From the NCBI GenBank assembly GCA_030592015.1, contig JAUUZY010000002.1, forward strand, positions 8,838-72,837: a DNA stretch of 64,000 bases. The letters are read 5' to 3'. The translations under genes were made by a program, and so were the position numbers. This document shows positions 18,764 through 27,471 of the stretch, one piece after another. Below the pieces are notes generated by a model that had not been told where the DNA came from, searched no databases, and worked only from the letters and a program-made list of their open reading frames with translations. The stretch comes from Candidatus Peregrinibacteria bacterium. Its GTDB lineage: Bacteria > Patescibacteriota > Gracilibacteria > UBA1369 > LOWO2-01-FULL-3. How positions within the stretch are numbered: position 1 is the stretch's first letter; each line of letters starts with the position of its first letter.

Positions 18764-19323
18764 TAAAATAGAATTTTATGTAATTGAATCTCCAAGTCTT
18801 CTCGTAACTGTTCTTTGATAATTGTCTCAAAAGAGTTATTTATCTCGACTTTGTCAGTTTTTACGATTAGACCACCTTGAATATTTTCGCTTTTATCAGA
18901 GAGAAAATAACTTTTCCCTGATGTTTTTATAGCCTCTTTAGTGACAGTTTCTTTACCGCTTGCAGCAATTACTACTGCGTCACCTTCGATATTTGCTTTT
19001 TTCAGAATTTCCGCAAGCATATCTCCATAGTTTGCTGATTCACTTAGTTGCTTGATAGCTTTATCAAGATAATCTTCTATAAGCGCTCTCTTTGCTTCTA
19101 GTAGCTTATTCTTTGATTCTCTATCAGCTAGTGTTTCAGCTTTTTCTAGGATCTTTGCACTTTTCTCTTCTATTTTGTCGTTTAGATTTGCATCTATTTC
19201 TCTACGACGTTTTTCATCATCTTCTTCAAGTTTTTTCTTCTTATCGGAAAATTCTTTTTCAAGCTTGGCTAACTTTTCGTCAGTTTCCTTTTTAATTTTT
19301 TCTAAAATATCTTCTAAGGCCAT
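18763..19323 (-). CDS. ntpE: V/A-type ATPase subunit E
   Basis: MALEDILEKI coiled coil, IQGGLIV, INNSFE. Confidence 0.92.
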   Translation of the reverse strand: MALEDILEKIKKETDEKLAKLEKEFSDKKKKLEEDDEKRRREIDANLNDKIEEKSAKILEKAETLADRESKNKLLEAKRALIEDYLDKAIKQLSESANYGDMLAEILKKANIEGDAVVIAASGKETVTKEAIKTSGKSYFLSDKSENIQGGLIVKTDKVEINNSFETIIKEQLREDLEIQLHKILF

Positions 19324-19339
19324 ATTTTATGGTTGTTAT

Positions 19340-19849
<510 letters not shown>

Positions 19850-21835
19850 TTATGAATTATTTATAAAGGTGTATTTGGTTTTTTTGTTTAACGGTTTAAA
19901 ATCTCTTCCTCCGCCTTCCATGAATTGTCCGAAGAATTCCACGAATTGAAGACGACCTGAGTGAATGAATGAACCAAGAGTGTTTATCACGAGGTTGAAT
20001 AAATGTCCTCCAATTAAAACTACGAGCATGAATATCCATCCGACATACGGAATTAAGTCGTACATTAGTACTGCAATAATGTTTACAGCTAATCCGATGA
20101 TTGCTGTTGCCAGTCCTAACGCCAAGAGACGTGAATATGATAGAACGTCACTCAAGTAACCGATTAATCCGTATAGGCTAAGTATTCCAAACATTATTTT
20201 TCCTGGTATGCTTTTTTGATTTCTTCCCTGAGTTGTAACTAAAATGGCTGCTGCCAGGATCACCCACCATGTTCCAACTACTTGCAGTTCGATTGGAATT
20301 ACCTTGCTTGCTGCTAGGATAGTAAATGCTATTGCGCTAAGCATAAATGCCCATGTTCCTGTGTCTAAAATCGCTTCTTTCTTGTCTAGATGTTTGATTC
20401 CGTGGAATAGTTTCATGAATGTTCCCAGTAGGATTTGAATGTATCCCAGTGCGAGAGCCATTTTCAAAATTGTAAGTGGCTCTGTCAGTGAATTAAATTT
20501 CTGCATTATAAATGCTGTTTCCCCTGCATCGTTTGTGAATTTTAGGAAGTCTGGAATTTGATCAGTTGTAAGACTGAACCATCCGCCAAATAGTGCTCCT
20601 ACTATAAATGTTGCAACTCCTCCATACATCAGTAATTTTACTAATTTTTTAGTTCCTGTTGGTAATTTTAGGAATTTTAATGCAAGTGCTGTCGCAACAA
20701 ACATTACTAATCCATACCCTGCGTCTGTTAGACAAAGGGCAAAGAATAGTATGAAAAATGCTGATAGGTATGGTGTGGGATCCATTTCAGAGGATTGTGG
20801 TAATCCATAAATTTTTGTAACTGTCTCAAATGGGCTCATAAACGAACTGTTTCTTATTATTACCGGAGGAGTTTCACCTTCGTCCGGTTCGATTTTTTCT
20901 ATAAGTAGTTCTTTACTTACTTTATTTAGGTCTTCTTCCAACATTTTCATATTTGCGATTGGAATCCATCCTTTTATTACAAAGCTATATTCTGTGCTTC
21001 CGGCCTTTTTCATTTCTTCCAGCTTTTCTTTTTCCCATAGTGTGTAGTCGTGAACTATTTGTAGGTTTTCAATGTTTTCTGATAGCTCTTTTAGTTCTCC
21101 TTCTGCTTTTTTGATGATTTTTTCACTATCTTTGATAACTGTGTTTAATTTTTTGCAGTAATCGTCCAGTGATCCTGTTCCTTCAGGTAGTTCCACTTCG
21201 CTGAATTTGTGTTCTGAAAGGGTAGCCCTAACGTCTTTTTCCAGTTCAGGAGAGAAAATTACATATATTTGGCTTACTTTTTCTTCTTTATTTATTACTT
21301 GAACATCTACTAGATCGCTTAGCTTTGTTAGTTCTTTTTTTGTTGCTTCTAAGTCTTCAGTAGGGATACTTCCTACGATAATGTTTGCATTTTTACTTCC
21401 TGATAGGTTCTCTAGGTTAATCTTTAAATTTCTTAGAATATTATAAATGTCCAGTTCGCTGTTCGCGTTTGCTATTTCGTTCTTTGCTTTTACTTCTGTG
21501 TCTTCGATTTTTAGGCATTCGTCTATAATTGTTTGAAAATCGAAGACTTTTGCTCTTTCTTCTATTTCTTTTTCGTCTAGTTCTATTGGTCCTTGAATGA
21601 AACTTCGCTTTTTTCCATATGGAGATAGAAGCTTTATCGCGAATTCAAGATTTGCAAAATCGAGCTCAGCCTTTTGTAGCTTGTGAATTGTCTTGTTTAA
21701 TTCTTTTTCTGATACTAAGTCTTCTGTAACTTCTTTAATTTCCAAAATTCCAGCTTTTTGAATTGTTTCGAAAAGTTTTTCTTTTTTGGAGCTAAGTCCT
21801 ATTAGCTGTATTTTTTGTGTTTTGGCTAGGGCCAT
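19850..21835 (-). CDS. ntpI: V/A-type ATPase subunit I (a)
   Basis: DPTP, DAGYG, SDVLSYSRLLALGLA, HSGRLQFVEFF. Confidence 0.96.
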   Translation of the reverse strand: MALAKTQKIQLIGLSSKKEKLFETIQKAGILEIKEVTEDLVSEKELNKTIHKLQKAELDFANLEFAIKLLSPYGKKRSFIQGPIELDEKEIEERAKVFDFQTIIDECLKIEDTEVKAKNEIANANSELDIYNILRNLKINLENLSGSKNANIIVGSIPTEDLEATKKELTKLSDLVDVQVINKEEKVSQIYVIFSPELEKDVRATLSEHKFSEVELPEGTGSLDDYCKKLNTVIKDSEKIIKKAEGELKELSENIENLQIVHDYTLWEKEKLEEMKKAGSTEYSFVIKGWIPIANMKMLEEDLNKVSKELLIEKIEPDEGETPPVIIRNSSFMSPFETVTKIYGLPQSSEMDPTPYLSAFFILFFALCLTDAGYGLVMFVATALALKFLKLPTGTKKLVKLLMYGGVATFIVGALFGGWFSLTTDQIPDFLKFTNDAGETAFIMQKFNSLTEPLTILKMALALGYIQILLGTFMKLFHGIKHLDKKEAILDTGTWAFMLSAIAFTILAASKVIPIELQVVGTWWVILAAAILVTTQGRNQKSIPGKIMFGILSLYGLIGYLSDVLSYSRLLALGLATAIIGLAVNIIAVLMYDLIPYVGWIFMLVVLIGGHLFNLVINTLGSFIHSGRLQFVEFFGQFMEGGGRDFKPLNKKTKYTFINNS

Positions 21836-21839
21836 ATTT

Positions 21840-22187
21840 TTATGCTTTTATGTGATCAGTAAAGATTGTAGTGATTAATTCGATTGCACTAGATTCTTTC
21901 CCCTTTGCTTCTGAAATTATTTTGTTTTTTTCGCTTTCTGCAGTTGCCATTTTAGACTTAAGTAGTTGGCTTGCTTCCCCTTTTACTGTTTCCAGCTTCT
22001 TTAGTCCTTTCTCTCTTAGGCTTTTTGCAAATTCGTCTGTTTTTTCTTCTAGATTATTTTTGAATGTTTCCTCTTTCTGATTCAGTTCGACATTTGTTTT
22101 TTCTATTTGTGTTTTTTCCGATTCTTCAGCTTTTTTTATCGCTTGAATAGGGTCTTGCCCCTGATTTCCTTGTGATTTATCGTTCAT
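21840..22187 (-). CDS. V/A-type ATPase peripheral stalk subunit G/H
   Basis: IQAIKKAEE motif, charged coiled coil, first gene of the operon. Confidence 0.75.
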   Translation of the reverse strand: MNDKSQGNQGQDPIQAIKKAEESEKTQIEKTNVELNQKEETFKNNLEEKTDEFAKSLREKGLKKLETVKGEASQLLKSKMATAESEKNKIISEAKGKESSAIELITTIFTDHIKA

Positions 22188-22257
22188 ACCTTAAGTTGTT
22201 AATTTAAATAATCCTTAGAGTAGAGATCTTAAGGATTTATGATTTTTACCGGAGGTG

Positions 22258-22286
22258 ATTTTAGTAATGAATTTGATAAAAGTCAA
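22258..22286 (-). promoter_or_regulatory. sigma70-type promoter of the V-ATPase operon
   Basis: TTGACT-N17-TAAAAT on the minus strand. Confidence 0.65.
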
Positions 22287-22333
22287 TCCTCAAAACGAAT
22301 ATTTGACTAATCAGTTAGCTATTTGACTTGACA

Positions 22334-24670
22334 TTAAGGAGTCAAGCTTGCGAGATTCACTATTGTTGTTGTGCCTATCTTTTCTATCGCTTGGATTATT
22401 GCCTTTCCGTAGTCTTTTTTTGTGGGTCGTGAATCTAGGATGATTGCTTCTTTCTTTTCGCCGTTTTTGTCTAGTCGATTGATCAGTTTTTTTAATGCGA
22501 AGGTTGCTTGAGGGATTTGAAACTCCATAAACGGGTTATCAAAATGGTTGCTGTTTATGGTGTTGAATGTACTGCTTGGTGGCGCGAATGGAATCTTTGT
22601 TATAAATAACGTTTTTATAAGGTTGTGATGCTTGAACTTGTCCCAAAAATACGGAGTTAATAAAACTACTGAGTTTTCCGGGTCTTGGCTGAATTGTTCG
22701 CATATTTTTCCGATATTTCCTGTTAATTGTGATACGACTTTGACTTCTTTTAGTGATTTGCTTAATTCTAGGGTGAGGAATTCGAGTTGTTTTCTGGAAT
22801 TACATATTATTGCAGTGTTGCCTTTCTCTTTTGTGAGAAATTCGTGCAGAAATTTGGGAATAATGTGTTTGTTGTGTGGGTTTTCTCTTTCAGGTGTATC
22901 CTGCGTTATAAAAATCTCCAGTGCTTCGTTTTTTCTTAGGCTGCTTTTTACTGGGAGGTCTTGATCCAGACCTGATAGTTTTTTAGTGAATTTGCCGTTG
23001 TCATCTAAATCCATGCTTTCTCCTACAAATACAGAATTTCCTGTTTTTTCTATGACTTTTCCCATTATTTCTTTGTGTGATAATGGTGCTGATCTTATGA
23101 TGGGGTTTAGGTTATAGTCTTTCTCAACCCATATCATGTTTTCTTCCAGTTTTGGATTTTTGAATACTTTTTCTAGGTTTCTTAGTGAAATTTTCCAGTT
23201 TTGTAGATAACCGGTTGTTTCCTCATTAATAATATCTATTAGTTCTTTGGACATTTCTATAAGTGTGGAGAAGATTTTTTGGATTTCTTCCCATTCCGCA
23301 GTCTTTATGATGTTTTCATTTACCATACTGCGTGGTCCATATATGTTTTGATCATTGTATTTTTCAAAGATAATGCCTACCAATCCTACGATCATTGTGC
23401 ATTTTGAGAGCAGGCTTTGTATTGTCTGATTCTCGGGATGTATTTCCTGAAGTTGAGTTAGCGGATCTGTAATTTTCTCTATGTTTAGGAAAAGTACGTT
23501 GTGGTAGTGAAAGCTTTGCATGAAGTCATCGAAGTCTAGTATTATTAGCTTTTTGGCCTCCAGCTGTTCGTCGAGTATGTATTGGTGACTGCAGATTGCT
23601 GCGTTGTCTTTGTCCTTTTCTATCGCTTTCTTTATGAATAGTTCTTTTTCTACATTAACTATGAGGGGATCGGCGTTTATTTTGTGAATTGTTTGTTTTT
23701 CATCTCCCAATAGTCGTATTTCACTAAGTAGTCCGGTTTTGGTTTCTTTACTCCATATTAGGTATTTGAGTATTGCGCTTATTTCGTGGTCTTCAAAAAA
23801 TTCTTTTTTCTCGAATGCTGCGAGTCGCTTGAGAGATATATAGTTTTTCTTTGTGTCTATCTTTGCGATATTGTCTTCAAGTTCTTCGCAGGCAGTTTTG
23901 AATAGTTGGTGGGGCACTGCTATGTAACTGTCTTTGTCTTCTTTGTTAGCCAACTGTTTTGCAAGGTCCAAGTATGGAGGGAGGACTTCGAATAGGGTAG
24001 TGCTATCAGCGTTTAAAATTGTGTCTATTATTTCGCTTTTAGCTTTTTCTGTTTTCTCTTTTTCTTCTGTTTTTAAGGTTTTGTACTCTTTTTTTTCTGA
24101 CTTTAGTCCCAGAAAGTAATCTTTTAGCTTCCAATTTGATTTACTGCATAGTCCTTGAATCTTTTTTAGTAAATCCGGATCCATTGATTCAAATCTTTTA
24201 GTAAGCTCGAGGAATAGTTCCATTGCTGCAATTGCGTCATCTAGGGCTCTGTGTTTTTCTTTATGCTGAAGATCAAAAGTTTTGCTTAGAATTTCCAAAC
24301 TATATGAAGATAGGCCTGTTAGCAGTGTGCTTGCCAGGTCATGCGTGTCGTATTCTGGGTTTGTTACCTCTATGTTATGGGTTCTAAGGAATCCTGTATC
24401 GAATTTGATATTGTGCCCTATTATAGGGAAGTCCTGAATGAAGGCGCGCACTTCTTCTTCTTTTTCACTGAATAGAGGAGCGTCTTTTAGGTCTTCGTCA
24501 GTGATTTTTGTAATGTGTGTAATGATATCCGGCAGTTTTATTCCTGGATTTACTAGGAATTGCAGAGTTTCTTTTTCTCCATTCATGTCGAACTTTACCG
24601 CACCAAATTCAATGATGCTGTCGTTTTCTGGCTTTACTCCTGTGGTTTCTAGATCTAGTGATACGTACAT
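22334..24670 (-). CDS. DnaQ-like DEDDh 3'-5' exonuclease fused to a degenerate DinG-type helicase scaffold
   Basis: Exonuclease motifs DLETTG, GHNIKFD, HRALDDA intact; C-terminal KIPF and ILDSR...YGK are DinG-like; Walker A, DEAH and QxxGR are not recognisable. Confidence 0.8.
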   Translation of the reverse strand: MYVSLDLETTGVKPENDSIIEFGAVKFDMNGEKETLQFLVNPGIKLPDIITHITKITDEDLKDAPLFSEKEEEVRAFIQDFPIIGHNIKFDTGFLRTHNIEVTNPEYDTHDLASTLLTGLSSYSLEILSKTFDLQHKEKHRALDDAIAAMELFLELTKRFESMDPDLLKKIQGLCSKSNWKLKDYFLGLKSEKKEYKTLKTEEKEKTEKAKSEIIDTILNADSTTLFEVLPPYLDLAKQLANKEDKDSYIAVPHQLFKTACEELEDNIAKIDTKKNYISLKRLAAFEKKEFFEDHEISAILKYLIWSKETKTGLLSEIRLLGDEKQTIHKINADPLIVNVEKELFIKKAIEKDKDNAAICSHQYILDEQLEAKKLIILDFDDFMQSFHYHNVLFLNIEKITDPLTQLQEIHPENQTIQSLLSKCTMIVGLVGIIFEKYNDQNIYGPRSMVNENIIKTAEWEEIQKIFSTLIEMSKELIDIINEETTGYLQNWKISLRNLEKVFKNPKLEENMIWVEKDYNLNPIIRSAPLSHKEIMGKVIEKTGNSVFVGESMDLDDNGKFTKKLSGLDQDLPVKSSLRKNEALEIFITQDTPERENPHNKHIIPKFLHEFLTKEKGNTAIICNSRKQLEFLTLELSKSLKEVKVVSQLTGNIGKICEQFSQDPENSVVLLTPYFWDKFKHHNLIKTLFITKIPFAPPSSTFNTINSNHFDNPFMEFQIPQATFALKKLINRLDKNGEKKEAIILDSRPTKKDYGKAIIQAIEKIGTTTIVNLASLTP

Positions 24671-24750
24671 GCTTGTATGCTAATGAAAAAAAGCGGAGTT
24701 TACCAGTTCTAAATTAAAAAACAGTCAAGCGGTCTGTCCAGAGTTGTTTT

Positions 24751-24779
24751 TTGACAAATCGTGCGGCCCAAGGTATTGT
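24751..24779 (+). promoter_or_regulatory. sigma70-type promoter
   Basis: TTGACA-N17-TATTGT. Confidence 0.6.
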
Positions 24780-24845
24780 GATCTGAATTCAATAGGAATT
24801 CGAAAAGAAAACGTCCCAGAAAAGCACTCGTACGTTGAAAAAAAG

Positions 24846-25092
24846 AAACAAAAACAAAAAAGTCTCAGTGGTGAGAGATGAGGGGCATAAAAAATTATTC
24901 CTCTCTCTGTCCTTGCTGGGTGATGGTCGCTACTTCTCGGAGTAGGATGACCGCTCACGTTCAGGTGAAACTGAACAAATGCTCTGCTCTTGTCTGGTCT
25001 TCGGATTTGTACAAGGGGTTACAGGCGGCCGGTGGTGCGGCTATAAACAACACCAAAGTCTTGCAGGATTAAAACAAAAACAAAAATTCTCA
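24846..25092 (+). repeat. Dispersed direct repeat AAACAAAAACAAAAA(A)-KTCTCA (24846-24867 and 25072-25092), partial copy at 25045-25061
   Basis: Read directly from the sequence. Confidence 0.7.
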
Positions 25093-25124
25093 ACGGGCCA
25101 AAACCGTTCGTTGATAGAGATGTT

Positions 25125-25148
25125 CCCCGGTTCGCCGGGGTTTTTTTT
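25125..25148 (+). terminator. Intrinsic terminator
   Basis: CCCCGG-TTCG-CCGGGG followed by T8. Confidence 0.9.
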
Positions 25149-25183
25149 ATTGTCTTAATTATAATGTAGTCTTGACCTAGGCA

Positions 25184-25211
25184 TTGACAAGTTTATCACC
25201 TGTGCTATACT
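25184..25211 (+). promoter_or_regulatory. sigma70-type promoter with extended -10
   Basis: TTGACA-N16-TATACT, with TGC immediately before the -10. Confidence 0.7.
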
Positions 25212-25216
25212 TTTTG

Positions 25217-25405
25217 TTCAGTCATTTTCAATGCTTGAACTTGTTCTTTTACACTAGCTAGGCATAAAGTTCGTAGGTGGAGGTCCTCTCTGTATTAACA
25301 TTAGTATCGAGACGACCCTTCCTTACGGACTGGGTACAAACCTAACTTTGAGGTGGCAATGTGCTTACCTCACAGCCTGCACAGGGATGTGCTAGGGGAG
25401 ACATT
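25217..25405 (+). promoter_or_regulatory. Structured 5' leader with CsrA/RsmA-type site next to the SD
   Basis: Long hairpin 25268-25331, hairpin 25349-25372, GCACA-GGGA-TGTGC hairpin 25379-25392, SD GGGGAG 25395-25400. Confidence 0.5.
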
Positions 25406-25861
25406 ATGTCTAGTGTTATGTCCAGTGTTATCGATCGTTTCATCGCAACTTTTAATTTTCTTGGGAACTTGGAATTGGTTCCGGACCCTACGAAAATTCA
25501 GGAGCTGGCGATTGCTGAGGTGCCCGCGGAATCTCTGCTGTTTCGTCCTTACATTGAGGATGAGGACGGAGGTGGTCTCGATTCGCATCGGGCCTGGCTT
25601 CTAGATGGATCTGGGGGCGTCCTTACTGAGGTAGGACTATTGGAAACAGTAGGCGAGGCTGCGGCTCATAATCCTGGTATGCGTTATGCTATTAGGATCG
25701 AGCGCGGTCACACTCCGGACCACGAAGAGTCGTGGTACGAAATTACCATCCATCGATCAGCGAGATTATCGCTGGTCGATAGAGAACCTCGTGAAGGTAT
25801 AAAAGAACAAAGTGTCAGCATCTACGCTGACGGCGCGCGAGGCGTTTCCCTCGCAATCTGA
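25406..25861 (+). CDS. Hypothetical acidic protein (151 aa), GC-richer than neighbouring genes
   Basis: ATG 5 nt after GGGGAG; own promoter upstream and hairpins downstream; no family recognised. Confidence 0.65.
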   Translation: MSSVMSSVIDRFIATFNFLGNLELVPDPTKIQELAIAEVPAESLLFRPYIEDEDGGGLDSHRAWLLDGSGGVLTEVGLLETVGEAAAHNPGMRYAIRIERGHTPDHEESWYEITIHRSARLSLVDREPREGIKEQSVSIYADGARGVSLAI

Positions 25862-25925
25862 TTGCCGTTGTCTTCGGACGGACGGTAGTCGAAAACCTTG
25901 GGGGGTCCTAAAAGACCCCTCGCAA
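25862..25925. terminator. Tandem hairpins between convergent genes (possible bidirectional terminator)
   Basis: TTGCCGTTGTC-TTCG-GACGGACGGTAG and GGGGGTC-CTAAAA-GACCCCT. Confidence 0.5.
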
Positions 25926-25942
25926 CTTTATAAATCCCTTTT

Positions 25943-27013
25943 TTATAACATTGCCGCAAACTCATCGAAGAAGTGCATTGTGTCTGTTGGGCCAGGTGTG
26001 GCTTCCGGGTGGAATTGGCATGAGAAGTAGGGGAGAGTTTCGTGTTTGATTCCTTCTACTGTGCCGTCGTTTGCATTTTTTAGCCAAACTTTCCAACCTG
26101 TCTTTAGAGATTTTTCATCTATGGCAAAGCCGTGGTTTTGGCTAGTGATATAGCAACGTCCTGTTTCTGTATCTATGCATGGTTGATTTTGTGATCTGTG
26201 TCCATATTTTAGTTTGTATGTCTTTGCGCCTGATGCAATTGCCATAATTTGTGTTCCGAGGCATATTCCAAATATTGGTTTCTTTAGTTCTAAGGCTTTT
26301 TTTATAGTTTTGTGCAGTGGAGTTAGCATTGATGGATCTCCCGGTCCGTTTGAGATGAAGATTCCGTCAAATTCCAATCCTTCTTCTATGAAGTCATAGT
26401 TCCATGGAACTCTTATTACACTTAGGTTTCGCTTAAGTAGGCTGCGAATGATGTTGTTTTTCATTCCGCAATCAATGCATACAATAGTTTTTGCTCCTTT
26501 CTTGTATCTTTTTGGAGCTTTGATTGAAACTTGTGATACCAGATTTTCCAGATCTGGATTGTAGAAGTCTGGACTGTCTTTTCCTTCTATTATTATTTTT
26601 CCGAGTATTGTTCCGTGTTTTCTTATTTTTTGAGTTAACATTCTGGTGTCGATTCCTGTGATTCCAGGGATGTCGTTGTCTTTTAGCCATTGTCCCAGGC
26701 TCTTTTTGGAGTCCCAGTGGTTAAAGTTTTCTGAGTATTCTGAAACTATGAGTCCTTTTATATGTATATTGTCGCTTTCAAATCTTTTTGAAATATTGTC
26801 GTCGTCTTTGCATGCACCTCCAACTCCATAATTTCCCACTAGCGGATATGTTAGTGTCATTATTTGTCCTTTGTATGAAGGGTCTGTGAGACTTTCCGGA
26901 TATCCAACCATTGATGTGTTGAAAACTACTTCACCAGCGCTGGAAACTTCTGCTCCAAAGCTTTTTCCTTCGAATGTTGTGCCGTCTTTTAGTACTAGTT
27001 TTGCTTTTGTCAT
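25943..27013 (-). CDS. carA: Carbamoyl-phosphate synthase small (glutaminase) subunit
   Basis: GEVVFNTSMVGYPESLTDPSY.GQ, SNGPGDP, GICLG, TSQNHGF, QFHPEA. Confidence 0.97.
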   Translation of the reverse strand: MTKAKLVLKDGTTFEGKSFGAEVSSAGEVVFNTSMVGYPESLTDPSYKGQIMTLTYPLVGNYGVGGACKDDDNISKRFESDNIHIKGLIVSEYSENFNHWDSKKSLGQWLKDNDIPGITGIDTRMLTQKIRKHGTILGKIIIEGKDSPDFYNPDLENLVSQVSIKAPKRYKKGAKTIVCIDCGMKNNIIRSLLKRNLSVIRVPWNYDFIEEGLEFDGIFISNGPGDPSMLTPLHKTIKKALELKKPIFGICLGTQIMAIASGAKTYKLKYGHRSQNQPCIDTETGRCYITSQNHGFAIDEKSLKTGWKVWLKNANDGTVEGIKHETLPYFSCQFHPEATPGPTDTMHFFDEFAAML

Positions 27014-27059
27014 TAGTTTGAATTTATCAGCGTTATTCTAAGGATCTGTTGAACGAATA

Positions 27060-27458
27060 TCAAGGCAAGAACTCTCCTATTATTTTTTCTATGGAAATTA
27101 TTTTCATGTCGGATGGTGGCTTTGCGGCTTTGAATCCTATTTTATACCAATATTTTCCTCCGTCTATTGTTGTGGCCAGTATTTTTACTGTGCTATTTGG
27201 TGGAGTTGGTTTTTGAACTTTAACTTTTGTTACTTTTTCAATTCTTTCCAGCTCTCTCATGATTTGATCTTTGTTTCTCTGTCCTTCCTCTAAATATTTG
27301 GCTTTAAATTTTTCCGGATCACTTTTGACGATCTTTATTATGTGGTTGTAGCTTGCTGCCATCATTTGTTTAACTAGGAAGTATGCTCCGACAAAAAAAC
27401 CGATCGGGAATATGAATGTGGAAATGAGTCCTATTATGTTTTCTATAGCTGATGGCAT
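27060..27458 (-). CDS. Hypothetical protein with N-terminal TM helix
   Basis: 132 aa; hydrophobic residues ~7-29; co-oriented with neighbours. Confidence 0.6.
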   Translation of the reverse strand: MPSAIENIIGLISTFIFPIGFFVGAYFLVKQMMAASYNHIIKIVKSDPEKFKAKYLEEGQRNKDQIMRELERIEKVTKVKVQKPTPPNSTVKILATTIDGGKYWYKIGFKAAKPPSDMKIISIEKIIGEFLP

Positions 27459-27471
27459 TGTGTGTGTGTTA

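Larger units (their letters stand above)
24785..25148 (+). ncRNA. Candidate ~360-nt structured non-coding RNA of unknown class
   Basis: Lies between a promoter and an intrinsic terminator; several hairpins with G-U pairs and UUCG loops that favour the + strand; A-rich repeated linkers. Confidence 0.5.

Noticed and set aside
22300..22335. Repeated TTGAC words upstream of the V-ATPase promoter as an operator
   Set aside because: Short AT-rich repeats with no clear palindrome and no nearby regulator; could be chance
24725..25072. ORFs 24725..24958(-) and 24878..25072(+) as proteins
   Set aside because: Atypical composition and no motifs; the region is better explained by RNA stems with G-U pairs. 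The 64-aa ORF cannot be fully excluded.
24846..25092. CRISPR array, type III toxin-antitoxin repeat array, or DGR template
   Set aside because: Only two full low-complexity repeats ~225 nt apart; no cas, toxin or reverse transcriptase gene recognised in the window
24785..25148. Identity as tmRNA, RNase P RNA, SRP RNA, 6S RNA or a CsrB-like sponge
   Set aside because: No tRNA-like acceptor/T-arm/CCA or tag frame; no GAGGAAAGUCC P4 motif; no SRP domain IV; not a single long rod; only about five GGA motifs, near chance
25332..25372. c-di-GMP-I riboswitch (GGGTACAAACC...GGCAATG)
   Set aside because: Superficial similarity only; lacks the GNRA tetraloop/receptor and the GCAAAG junction
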